DNA of 64,000 nt, taken from NCBI GenBank assembly GCA_965178125.1, contig OZ237755.1, forward strand, positions 434,001 to 498,000, in the 5' to 3' direction. Source of the stretch: Bilabrum cf. latius. Taxonomy: Eukaryota. The notes below the pieces were generated by a model. The model worked only from the letters and a program-made list of their open reading frames with translations, did not search any database and had not been told where the DNA came from. A program made the translations under genes and the position numbers. Below are positions 37,725 through 49,800 of this stretch, piece after piece. Every line of letters begins with the position of its first letter. Within the stretch, counting starts at the first letter, position 1.

Positions 37725-40700
37725 ATGAGCAGCTACGAGGACGACGACGGTAAGTCGGTGTCTGCAGCAGCATGTATGATCACTGGGGAGGAGGGTGCGA
37801 TTCTAACCAATTTGAGACTTGGCTAGAATAAGAAGTGGTTTGCATCTCGACTATCGGAGAATGGCGTTGCGCTCGTACTGCAAGCGAAGGGTGATGGCTA
37901 GGTGTTGCGTTCTAGAGCTAACGCCTACACAATTAAGCGACGCAAGGCACGGCAAGCTTCGCAGAGGAAAGCGATGGATGAGTACACTCGAAGTATAATG
38001 ACAGAAGAGAGCGATGTTGGACTGCTGGGACTCGAAGCTGCTAAGGCAGGTTCGCTGCAGTGGGCCGGACAGGAGGGCCCAATCCAGCCGTGGGCTGCGC
38101 AGAAGTACAAAGGTTGGAAAGCAAAAGGAGGGCAGAGCATCCCATGCATGCGGTGGTTCCTAGCGCGTTCTATTCTTGCTCCACACGGCGTCAGCTGCGC
38201 ACCAACTCAAGACGGAACTCGGCACACGGCCACGGCCGGCCCGAACACGCCAGCCATCAAAGCGTCCAAGATCGCCTGGCACCGCAAGGCAATGACCGAC
38301 AGCCAGCTGCGCAAGCTGCAGAAAGGCCCGAAATCCCTGCGAGAGCAACTCGTCCGTGGAGCATACGCAGTGGCGGACCGTGATGGCGACGTGTGCCCCC
38401 GCCTCAGGCGCGTCCTCCTCCCCCTGATGCGCGTGTGGCTCCCCGACGAAGACCCCACGCCTCTGCGGTGGGATGTGACGGATTCCGACGATGAATAGGA
38501 AGAAAAGTAGCAGTCTACGGCTAGCGGCAGCCCTGTGACACGTATCACTGGTACAGGTGCTGGTGCAGGTGCAGGTGCTGGTGCAGGTGCAGGTGCTGGT
38601 GCAGGTGCAGGTGCAGGTGCTGGTGCTGGTGCAGGTGCTGGTGCTGGTGCAGGTGCTGGTGCTGGTGCTGGTGCTGGTGCCAAGGCGGTCTAGCGCAGCA
38701 GCAACGTGCTGCATGGAGTGGACGTATCATCCGTATCCAAGGCTCGGCTGGCCCAGCTGCCGCGAGACTCCGCGCTCGGCGCGGTCAGATATGCGGGCAT
38801 GCTGGTTTAGTCTAGGATGACTGCGGAAGAGGTGGCCAAGGAGGAGAAATAGAAACACAAGCGGCTGATGCGGACGAGCGCTGCTGTCAGGGAAAAGGAG
38901 AGAGTGCGCATCCGCGATGCAAGGATCGCTGCGAGGAAGCAAGGATAGAGGGGGAGGCTGCAAGGAGCGGGCGGGTCCGCAGCGGTGGGAGGCGCGCCGT
39001 CTGGCGACGATGGCGAGCAGCACAAACCGCGTGGCAGGCAGGTATTCCTGGAACCTACCGATGGATTTAGACTGCCTGGAAGGCTGCGATGGACCACAAA
39101 ACTTGCGTCTGCGGAGGAAATTGCTGCATCGGGACATCCAGCCAAGGCGTAGGCGGGCGGGGCCGCTGCGAAGGGAAGCGAAGCGCGCGAGGAGCACGAG
39201 CTTAGGGAAGCAGTCAGCGGCTGGATCGTGCCACCGAGAGCTGTCCGCGCCTCCTCAATACCTTCAAGTGCCGCGGCTGACTCTGCAGCAGCTGCTGTCG
39301 AGGGACCGGACAAGAAAGGCAGTAGCAAAGGCGGCAAAGAGACGCCGTCCAAGACGAACCGAAAGCCTCGATCAACTAGCAGACCGAGAGCAGGAGACAA
39401 GCCTGCCAAACGGTCTCAATCTCGGCGCAGGGGCAAGAAGGGTGACTCTGTACCCTGGACGAGGAAGCACCCGCCAGTGCCACGATTGCGCAGAAGGGCA
39501 GACTCGTTCGGAGGATACCCGTCTAGTATTTTCAATGAAGGCAGGAGGGTGCTTCCAGAATCGCTGTCCAAAGCATTGGATGCCAAGGAGGACGAATTGA
39601 ACGAGAAGAGGGCGAGGAAGGCGCGGGAAGAGGAGGAGCTCACCAGAGGTAGCGGCGCTGCGGCGGCCATTGCCAGACGGAAGGCACGGCGAGCAGCAGC
39701 TGCCAAGGCAAACGGCGAGGCAGGACCACCCATGGATCCGATCGATGGGATACAGGCTGGTAAGCGACTGGCCGAGGTGAGTGGAGACCGCAGGCAGCGC
39801 AGGCAGCTGCTGGCTGGCGCGACCAATGCCGGGCCATCTGACGTCTTCGGTTCTCTGGGCCTCGACTTCCGCAAGTCGCGGGCAATCAGCCCGGGCAGGG
39901 GCAAGAAGTTCGAAACGTTTTCGGTCAGAGGCGAGCGCCTCGGGGCGGTTGATCTCTCCATCCTTGCGACGTACCTGCCCCAGCACGCGCCGAGGCTGCG
40001 CAAGCTGGACGCGAGCTGGTGCCCGAAATTCGACGCCCCACGGTTCAGGGCACTTGAAGAGAGCCTATCGATTGCCGCGAGACATCAACTGCAGGAGCTG
40101 GACGTGTCCTACTGCCGCATGCGCAACCTAGGGGCTGCGATCCTGGCCAGGTCACTGTGCGGCAGCGAGAGTCTCCGCGTACTGCGTGCAACGGGGTGTC
40201 TGTTGGGGGCCTCGGAGGCTCCTGCCATCGCGGCCATCATGCTCTCATGCCCCAATATAGAGGAGATGCACCTGGCTCAGAACGACTTCAGGCCGTCTGG
40301 TGCGCGCAGCATTGAGGCAGCTGTGATGCGAGTGGCTGCCAGGCAGGCGGGAGCCGCAGGCAGATCATCACGCAGCCGAGTAGGAAGCAGGCCAGTGTCA
40401 AGGCAAAGGGTTCGCACATCGGCTGCTCATGCAGACCAGCAACCGCCGGTCGGTAGCTCCGCAGCTGGTGCGAGCTCCACAGCGCCGCAGAGTGAGCCCG
40501 AACAAGGCAAAGAGGATGCAGCGGGGTCAGGGGGAAGTGCGGTCAAATAGCAATAGCCAGGTGCTGTCACCGCTAGCTCTGGTGCAGGGAGCGATGATTC
40601 GGTGCCGGCTGCAACCAGCACAGGGGGCCAGACAGATGCGGGCACGGAGCCAGCCGCCGTGCGTGGCCGTGCAAGGGTCGCCACTCGGCGCATGCAGCAG

Positions 40701-41318
40701 AGACGCCGGCCCACATCTGCATTGCCGACTTCAATAGGAGCGTACAGATCCAACCAGGCAACTCGCTAGATATTCTTGAAGATCGAGCGAGCCATGCGAA
40801 GGGCGGTAGACGACGCAAGGGCAGCAAGGGGGCGAATCGCAAGAAGCGGTGCGGGAAGCAGCACTGCGACACAAACACAGGCAGCATGCGACCAACAAGC
40901 AGATAAGGACGCGCGAAGTGGCCTGCAGCTGCGGCTTCCCAGGAATCTATAGCTGCTCGGCTTGAGATCGTGTGGGCTTGGACCCTCTGGCACAACAGCG
41001 ATTGCCTCCCTGCTCCGTGTCATTCCTAGTTTGACGCGACTGGACGTGTCTGATAATAACGCCACGGCCATGGGAGCCAGCATGCTGACAGCTGCAGCAC
41101 GATCCGCCGGAAAGAGCCTGACGATTTGCACCAAGGCGCTCATTCCCGGATATCCCGACAGTCTCGCCTCTGTGTTTAGCGAGGACCTCCCTGGAGAGCA
41201 GGCGGTGAGGCAGCGGAAGCTACTGGCAGAGAGGAGGGCGAAGAAGCGAGCAGCCGACGGGCTGGCAGGCAGCGCGGCTTCGCGCGGGTGCGGTGTCGGT
41301 GAATCCAAGGAAGGGTGA
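37725..41318 (+). CDS. Leucine-rich repeat (RNI-like) protein, ~1197 aa
   Basis: Continuous frame from ATG 37725 through TAG-separated fragments at 37902, 39228 and 40962. LRR motifs LRKLDASWC, LQELDVSYCRM, LRVLRATGCLL, IEEMHLAQNDF, L[TAG]LLGLRSCGL, LTRLDVSDNN. TGA stop. Confidence 0.8.
38556..38681 (+). repeat. (GGTGCW)~21 repeat encoding (Gly-Ala)21
   Basis: GGTGCT/GGTGCA units read directly, last unit GGTGCC. In frame in the LRR gene. Confidence 0.95.
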
Positions 41319-41417
41319 GGCTTCTGTAAATCTTACGCGGCAGATTGAGAGTATATATGGCTAGACTAGGTCTCAGCACGGTTGCAACACACACACACAC
41401 ACTAGCTTGCACATAGA

Positions 41418-44290
41418 TCATCGACCCATGCGAGCCAGTCGCATCCTGGCCTGCTCCCTCCTCCTGGCTCCAGGGGACACCACTGGCTCGCTGCTTCCGG
41501 TGTCTCCATCCCCTGCATCGCCGTCTGCTTGATCTCCGCTGCTGCCCCCGGCAATGGCGTGGCTCGGGCCTGCAAAGTAGTTCCGCTCTCCCGCAGCGGC
41601 CCCCTCCTCGCCGTCGTCTTCGGCCACCGCGCCCAGCATGCCAGACACGTCTTCCCCCGCCGCCTCTGCTTCTGCCATGCGTTGCGCCAGCTCGGCTCGC
41701 TGCCTCCCAATCGATGCCTGCCCCGTGAAGGCCCCTCGCAACCGCTTCCGCCTGCCACCCGGCGGGGCGAACTCCATGACTACCCCTTTGCCTCGGAGCT
41801 TCGTGTTGGCCTCGTCTGCCGCACCAGGGAACAATGATCTTTTCTGTCGCGTGGGTTGGCTAATCCCCTCTTCCTCCTCGTCGTCGTCCTCCTTGCCCTC
41901 GCCCTCGCCCGCTCCCGTCGCTGCCGATGGCGAGGTCGGTGTCGGACTGCCACCAGCTCCAAACCCTACATCTACGTTTCCGCTATCTTGCCCTACAACA
42001 GGCCCCCCCCTTCGTAGTATTTTACGATGGTGCGGGGACTGCACGATGGGAGACACTGGGCGCGGCGCCGAGCTCCCGGCGCTGTGGCCTTTGCCTTGGA
42101 ACGCGCTTGCTGCTGCCTGGGGAGGCTCGATTGGCTCCCCGCCCGTGACCGCACCTGTCTCCGGGTCCATGACGGGTATCCCTTCTGGCACGGAGCCGGC
42201 GTCCAGAGTGGCGTACAGCTTGGGTCTCGATCTCTGCGCGGAAAGGTCAGTGCCCCGCCTCTTCAACAGCTGTAGCCTCGCCCAATTGGGTGGCTCCACA
42301 CCTCCCCTGAGCTGCCCAGCGCCGATCACCGCCACTTGCTCCCGCACCTCGCTGGCTGCAGCCACCGCGCGGGCATTTGCTACAGCTAGGCGAGTATTTG
42401 AAGGTGCTACCTTCTTGCCCGTGGGCTTGGTCGACCCTGCAGCTGCGCTTGCTGCCCCTTGTGCAACAGCAGCTGCTGCAGCTGCTTCCGCCCGTGCCTT
42501 CGCTTCAGCTGCCTTGAAGTTTGCGGCTGCTTTCGCTTGTGCCTGAGCCTCTGCTTCGGCTAGCTCTCTTTCCTTGTCTCTTTTCTTCGCCGCTGCCATG
42601 CCACGAATCAAACCAAGTGCACCGCGACTGCCCGGCCGCTTCGCAGAGGATGGACGGCTTGCTGTCTTTTCAGGTGCGCTGGTGGACGGCTCCTCAGATC
42701 GTCTGCCTGCGCTTGCATCGGAACCAACTCGTGCAGAGGGGCCACGAGCAGCCTGCACAGGACTTGTCTGTAGTACCTTGGTACCACTAGCGCTTTCCGC
42801 GGGTCTATTCCCCTGCATCGGTGACATTCTCGGCTTGGATGGACCTGCCAACGTCGCTGCGACGGGAGCCGCTCCAGTCGGATGAGACGCCTCCGGGTCG
42901 GTGCCAGCCTCTCCAGCTAAAACCTCCTGCTGCTGCTGCTGCTGCTGCTATTCTGCGAGCCGCCTCGCCTCGATGGCTTGCATCCTCTTGAGCCTGGCTG
43001 CTGCTCTCGCCTCCCGGGAGGTGGCTGCAGCCGAGGACCCGCCCTCACCTGCACCAGAGGCAGCGCTAGCCCCCGTAGGTGAGCCACCAAGCCGACGAGC
43101 GCGGCCTGCCATCACAGGAGCAGGCGTATCGGCTTCAATAGCGGCCGCAGGAGTGGTATCCACAGCTGAGGCAGCGGTGCCGTCGCCGGCTGCAGCCCCT
43201 GAGGCATCATCAGCCGCAGTCATGCCCATGCCCATGCCCATATCCATCCCCAGCACGCCTCCACTTGCCCCCGCTGCAGCTTCTTCTTCCATGTCCTTGG
43301 GAGGCGCAAAGTCCACCTCCAGGTCCAGATCGCCGTACAGAGACACGCTGTCTGCTGGCTTGAGCTCCAGCACATCCAGCTTGTACCGCTCTCCTGCCGC
43401 CTCTACCAGCACTGTGCGGCCAGTTGATAGCGTGGAATAGTGCTTCATGGCCTGCTCCATGAGCTCTCTGGGGCCAAAGGCTGCAGCGAGGTCGATAAAG
43501 GCGGTCTTGTGAGGCCGGAAGCGAGCAAACTCGCCCTTGGGCGGATTCTTGGCTGACACCACGTGGATCCTTCCGCCCTCTTTGAGCCGAAGGGCTGGGA
43601 ACATCCATGAAGGCAAAAATGCCGTGCCTACCGGAGCTGAGAACTCAGTGACGCCGCAGTACAGCTTACTCTTGGCTGGCTGCTTTGGAGGCGGTCGGGG
43701 CGCGCCGGGGCCATCGCGCTTCGAGCCGCCGGCAGCACCAGCTCCCTTCGAGCCACGGCCACGACCAGATCCATCCGACTTGCCTCTACCTCGCCCGCTT
43801 TTTCGGGAAATGCCCGCTGCTCGCCTTGTCGCAACTCGAGACCCCGAAATCGCACCGAACGTGGATCGAACTGGTGCTCTGTCTGCCGTGTCGGCTGCGA
43901 CCTTAGCTCGCCACTGCCTTTCTGACTGTATTTCAAATAGAAGGGGGAATGGCAGCCTGAGCCGTTTGATCTCCTTCAAGACTTCCTGCGGATCCAAAGT
44001 AGTCGGAAGGCGTCAAGTGAAGCTCCATGATGGCCCGCAACGACAGGCCAACGAGGCATTGCATGGTCTCACTGTGGGCAAAATAATCTTGTCGCTAGCT
44101 GACATGGCATCCTTTCCTGCAAGACCGATGAACAATGGAATGGATTCGAAAAGAGTCTTGCTGAGCATAGGCATTGCATATCTACACTGGTGCTGTCGAT
44201 CTTACGAGCAGATTTCAGGGATCTAGCAATAAATTGGGCCTCATACTTCCCTTTCCCGGAGCCAAATCCGGGATACAATCTTGACGACAT
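41418..44290 (-). CDS. UFD1: Ubiquitin fusion degradation UFD1-like protein with long disordered C-terminal extension, ~898 aa
   Basis: Exons 44290-44206, 44116-44073, 43985-41418. UFD1 motifs DKIILP, LPFPLLFEI, YCGVTEFSAPVGTAFLPSWM, PKGEFARFRP, HYSTLSTG, VLELKPADSVSL, DLEVDFAPP. TAG at 42948 heads a (CAG)7 run and joins the 41418-42851 ORF. TGA stop. Confidence 0.85.
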
Positions 44291-44453
44291 GGAAAAGGTG
44301 GCCTGAAGGTAGGTCGCGACCAACGGCAACAAATCGGTAGCGTGCACTATGGGGACGCCCACAGAATGCAGATTGGAGGAAAGTTGCCCATTGGGCAGCG
44401 ATTCAATTATAATCATCTACACGATAATTGTTTCCAGCAACGTAATTGCGCAG

Positions 44454-46619
44454 TCATGCTACAGCTAACGCGACGCATGTGCGCACATCGTCTCCCACCC
44501 GCCTGACCAGCTCCGCTCCAGCCGCTCCACCGCGTGTCGCGGATGATGCACACGCGCTAGAGATGGCCGCCTCCACTCTGGCCTCCAGCTCTACCAGTCG
44601 TTCTTCCGTTGGTGCCACCACAAACATGCTCGCATGCGATCCTCGCACGAAGCTAAACGGCATCGCCCCACTAGGGATGCCCTCTGCAGTTGAAGCAGAT
44701 GCAGAGGGCAGCGAAAGCAGCGCCCCGCTGCTTCGAAGCGACTCAAGGAGCCCCTCGAGACCACCTACGGCAGTTCCCGCAGCCTTGCTCTTGAAAAAGC
44801 GGAAGTATCGCGCGCCCCCGCATCGCAACGAGGCGAAGATCTTCGCCGGCTGACCGCCGTTCGGACGACCAGAGTTCACGTCCGTGAGTGCAGGCCGCCC
44901 CGACTTGGCATCCACCAGGAAATCCAAGCCCCAGAATCCCTTAAGACCTACAGAGTCCCTGAACGCCGCAGCGATCTCGTCACACCGCCTGAGCATGGCA
45001 CTGTCGTACCTCGCTACAGCGGGGGACCGGTTTCCTCCGAACACGCATCCCTTGTGGATGATCTGCTCGGCGGCCTCACCGCACTCTTGCTGACCCACAT
45101 AGTGCATCACTGGGGACACCACCCCATCCTCTGCGTCAACGGCCAGGTCCATCATCGCTTCCAACGACACCACGTCCCCGCTCGCGCAGCTGCCGCTGTC
45201 GAAGACGTAGCTCTCGAGATGCTCCCGCTTGACGTCAAACACAATCCCATCGCCCGAGGAGGCACCGTCAGACGGCTTCAGCACCACCCGTGCCACGCCC
45301 TCCACCTAAGTGAGCCGATCGTACGCAGCTAGCAGCTCGGCTGTCGTGGCGCACCTGTATCCAAGCGGGACATCTACGCCTCTCACGATGCCCGGCAGGT
45401 CCGAAAAGCAGGCTGGCATCGGCCTGGGCTTCTCGTCCACATGTGGCACCAGGCTTGTTGCGTCACTGGGCAGGATGCCAGCCTCTACCGCAGCGTCTTG
45501 CCAAGTCCCCGCGCTCAGGCACGCCGCTCCGATCGCCGCTGTAGGGCCGGTGCTGCTGCTGTCCATATCAGCCGCAGGCGTTGGAAATTCATCTGAAGCG
45601 GCACCGGCCACGGATACCTCGGACGCATCCGCCTCGGTCCTTGGCTGTGAGTCCGCTGATGAAGGTTCAGCGCACCCGGGGGCGGATACGACCGTGGTTG
45701 CTTCCGCACACGATGGACCGGTCACCACGCTCTGTCTGGAATCTAGGGCAGCAGGCAGCGAAGCTGCCGACACGGCTGCTCTGGGCGGAAGATCCATGGG
45801 CGGCTGCGGGTGAAGCCAGGCCTTCTGCACCACGCCTTCCCAGCCGTCACCAAACAGGCGGAGAGGCAGCGATTTGAAGGCGTGAGCCAGCTCCTCTGTG
45901 ACAAACATAGGGCACAGCACGGACATGTTGCTCTCTACGTCCGCATTATTTGCTTCCTCGACGGCGGGGCAACCAGAGCCGTCGCCACTTGCTGGGTGAG
46001 GTTGATGCGTCTCGACCACGTGGATCGGTGCCGCCGTCCTAGCCATCTCGCTATGGATGGAGTCGTTGCAGCCGGGAGCAAGCTAAAACAAGGCCTTACT
46101 TGGCTATGCGATGTCCTCCATGCGGCATGCTAGAGCCCGCGCTGCGCCCGCATGCCGCGTTTCTCCGGCGGGAACACCCGTCCGAGCGCTTTCCGAGTCG
46201 GCTGCCGGGATCATCTCACTCCTGTAAAACACGGCCTGGTCCGCTTCCAACCCGAGGACAATCCTCAGGTGGTCCCAGGACTCGCGGCAAAGGCGATGAT
46301 CGGGAAGCAGGATTCGGTCAACCCCTGGCCGGACCAAAGCAAGTGGCCGCAGACCACGATCAATCGTATCAGCCACGCTCTTGAAGACACGCGGGAACCA
46401 GTAGAAAATAATCTTGGGCTGCGAGATAGAAAGAAAAGGACGCCATGTCTGGGACTGTGATAGGCAACGTTGTGGCCACATGTCCGGCAGAAATGCCAGG
46501 CAACAGCACTCTGCCCAGCAGACACGTGACTGCTTGCAGGAGCTCGATCTCACCGTTGCGATTCCACGCATCGAGGTATCACAAGCTTCGAAAGCATGAT
46601 AGCTTGAACTTGCGGCCAT
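44454..46619 (-). CDS. ATP-grasp-fold protein of unknown function, ~676-721 aa
   Basis: Three same-frame ORFs joined across TAG at 46104, 46083 and 45306. Motifs VVLKPSDGASSGDGIVF, SLEAMMD, EQII...FGGN, GLKGFWGLDFLV, LTDVNSGRPNG. Probable in-frame intron 46553-46419 (GTGAG...CGCAG). TGA stop. Confidence 0.7.
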
Positions 46620-46856
46620 AATTCACCTTGAGTTGATACTGACAGTTTGGTTGTGTCATTTTGCTGCCACATCACACCTTGGTTCTGCTGATCTTCTCTC
46701 TTCTGTGAACGCTTCCGCCGACGAACCTAGGCTTTACGACTCCGAGTTGTTGCGACCAAGTCCACGATTTGATTGGTTGCAACCGTTTGCCTTTCTGACG
46801 GTTGATTCCCACTAGACCGTCAGGGTTTTCTTATTACTCGGCACAGGTTTTTGCAT

Positions 46857-49800
46857 ATGCAAGGTAGTAAATCTCCGATCTCTTCTCCCATGAGAGCGGG
46901 GAAGAGCCCTGTTGCAGAAATGAGCCCAATGTTGCCTTATGAGACGAATCGTGGTCGCACCAGTGATCAGTATGAAGATGGAGAATAGAGCGGCAGTGAA
47001 GTGTTTGACGACAATAGCCCAAGGGCTCGTGCCAGGCACATATTCGAAGCGAGACTTGTGCCTGTCCACGGGGGTGGGTTTGTCGACTTCTTGGATGCTT
47101 CTTCACACCATGACGTCTCGGACACTGATTCCCAAAAAGATCTTTCTGAAATTATTGGAAGAGCAACACATCCCCATGATCCTGCTGCCTATATTAGGGG
47201 GGGCGCCGACGGAACCGCAGAAAGCAAAATTGAGCACCTTCCGGAGCCAAGCATTCAGCGTCGCCGGAACGCCAGTCGAGACTCCGGCACAACCTCCAAT
47301 CCAGCCAGTAAGCGCCGCAAAGATAGACGATAGAGGCATACCAAGCGAAGCTAGTCTGGTGCCACGGCACTGCCAACCCATGCTCCGTCCGGGGAGCGCT
47401 CGGAACTGCCTTCCCAAGCGCTTGCTGCCGCCCCGCGCGAGGGCAGCCCTCCTGCGGTCCCAGCTTTACCGCATCACCCAGTTTCGTACAAAGGAGTACA
47501 CGATGTAGAAGCGCTTGATCGGGCAGCTGGGGAACGTTCGTTGGCGGTTCGAGCAGCTGCTCACGGCCTACAGGAGAAGCATTTGAGCGAGCTCGCCGGG
47601 GGTAGGGCGCGCAGGCAGGAGGCAGCAGCAGCCAGGGAATTGGCGGGAGCTCTGCGCAAAAAACTCGAAGATGCGCGCGCCAAGATCAAGAAAGAGCGAG
47701 CCGCTCGCAAGAAGGCAAGCGCGGAAGCAGCTGCTCAGGCCGAGAAGACCTCAGCCCTGCGCCAAGCCGCGCTGGCACTCCGTGGCCGTGCCAAGCGGGC
47801 AGAGAAAGTGGCAAAGAAACTCGGTGACACCGCGAGCAAAGACACGGGAGAGCAAGCGCGCACGGTGCAGCGGTTAAGAAGCGTAGAAGCGGAGGCGGAA
47901 GACCTCAAAGCTAGACTTGCTGCGGCGCAGGAGGCTGCCAGGATGGCTTCGGCACAGAGAGACGACGCTCTCAGGCAAGCAGCGGCAAGTCGCCGCGCAG
48001 CGGAACTCGCGCAGCATAAGGAGGAGGATGCTCGGCGCCAAGCAGAGGACACCGACCGCCGATGGCCAGAGAGGAGAGCAGAGCTGGCCCGCGAGTACGA
48101 CCGGAGGACGGATGACGCAGTGAGGACAGCCCTAGCCAGGCAGCAGGACCAGGTGAAGAGCTTGAGGGAGTAGCTGCACGAGGAAAAAGCGGCGAGAGAG
48201 AAGGAGGTGCAGGCTGTGCGGCTGGCGGCTCAGCGAGAGGGGATCGAGGCGGAGGCAAAGATCACGGACGCGCAGCACAAGGTGGCTACCGCGCAGGAGC
48301 GCAGCGAGGCTGCGATGCAGCGTGCGAGGACCATGGAGTAGCAACTGGCGCGAGCAAGGGAGGACGAGAAGGAGCATTCCAATGAGTTACTTCAGGCCGC
48401 AAATAGGCGGGCGGCAGCCGCTGAGCAAACCACTGAGTCGGTGCGAGAGCAGATTCACCAGCTGCAGGGCAGGCTAGCGGAGCAAGAGTTGGCGCACCAG
48501 AGGTCCCTCAAGCACCTCGAGGAGCGGGTTGCCGAAGCAGTGGCCTCTCGGCGGGATGCAGAGGCCGCTACTTCTCGTGCAGAGGATTCTGCGAGTGCAG
48601 CTCGGCGGGAGGCGGAGAGCGAGGCAGATCGGAGACATGGTGTGGAGCAGCAGCTCCAGCAGGCCAGGCGGGACCTCACGGATGCGGCGGCGCAGATCGA
48701 CGAGCAGCATGCCGAGACGCAGAAACTTGTTGCGCAGAAGCACAAGGCGACCACAGCAGAAGCAGTCGCGAGCACCAAACTGCAAGAAGCCCACGCTTTG
48801 CTAGACTTCCAGAAGAAGCTGACAGAGCAGCTGCAGGAACAGTTGGATGCAGCCAGGGAGGAGGCCATTATCGCGCGGAAAGAGGCGTTGGAAGCCAGTC
48901 GCACCGCGGATCCCACCACACAGGTGAGGTTGCAGACGGCCAGGAGGGAGATCGACGAGCTGGGCCGCGCCTGCGAATCGCTCAAGGCAGACAACCTCTC
49001 GCTCGACTAGCGCTGCAACGAGCTACGCGACACGCTCCGAGCCGAGCAGTCTGCCCACAGGGAGGCAATCGACCAGGCAGGGCGGCACGAAGAGGCCGTG
49101 CAGGTGGCAGAGCGGGAGCGAATCCAGTTGTAGGGCCGCAAGGATGCCGAGCTGCGTTCCATGCGCGCTGCGCTCGACGATGCCAGAAGGGCCGCCGACA
49201 GACCAGAGACCCCGCCTCGCCCACGCGCCAATGACGACAGCGTTGCGTCCCCTGCGATCGTTTTGCCGTCTAGGACAGGCGATCCGGGCAAGCAGCAACC
49301 TTCAGAGGCATATACTGCTCCTCGTGCTGCAGCCAGGTCTAGCCAGGGGCGCTCGTTCGGAGTGGCCCAGCTCACCGTAGCACCTGCAGAAGTAGGCTTG
49401 CACAGCTTTGGATTGCAGATGCAGGTTTCCAGTGCATTCGTCGAGCCTATACCCACCAACGAAGGCAGCAGTGCATCCAAGCAAGCCAATATGGGGTCCG
49501 CGCTGGGCGTTGCTGATTCTGGGGAAGCAGGGATGGCCACGGTGGGCGCCGACTCTGGCCCGGAGCTGGTATCGAGCGGTAGCTAGGCAGTGGCGTCCGT
49601 TGTATCGGCTGGGGTTCAAGCCGGTGATTCCACTGACTTCAAGCAGGCTTCACCATCAATGACGGGTAGCAAAGTCGGTGGTGATCAACTGAGTGATGTT
49701 GAAGCTGGAGAACCCAGGGAGGCACGACATCCGATGCCGCGTGCGATGGATGCGACGACTTGGCTTGCGGTTGCTACACTTCCAATGACGCTGCTAGCCG

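Noticed and set aside
37750-37826. Intron near the start of the LRR gene (GTAAG at ~37750)
   Set aside because: The frame is open from ATG 37725 with TAG=Gln and no phase-compatible YGCAG acceptor at typical distance was found.
41387-41402. Short (CA)n microsatellite and nearby TGTAA as a polyadenylation signal
   Set aside because: It is an ordinary short repeat. TGTAA follows only a couple of gene ends, too few to call a signal.
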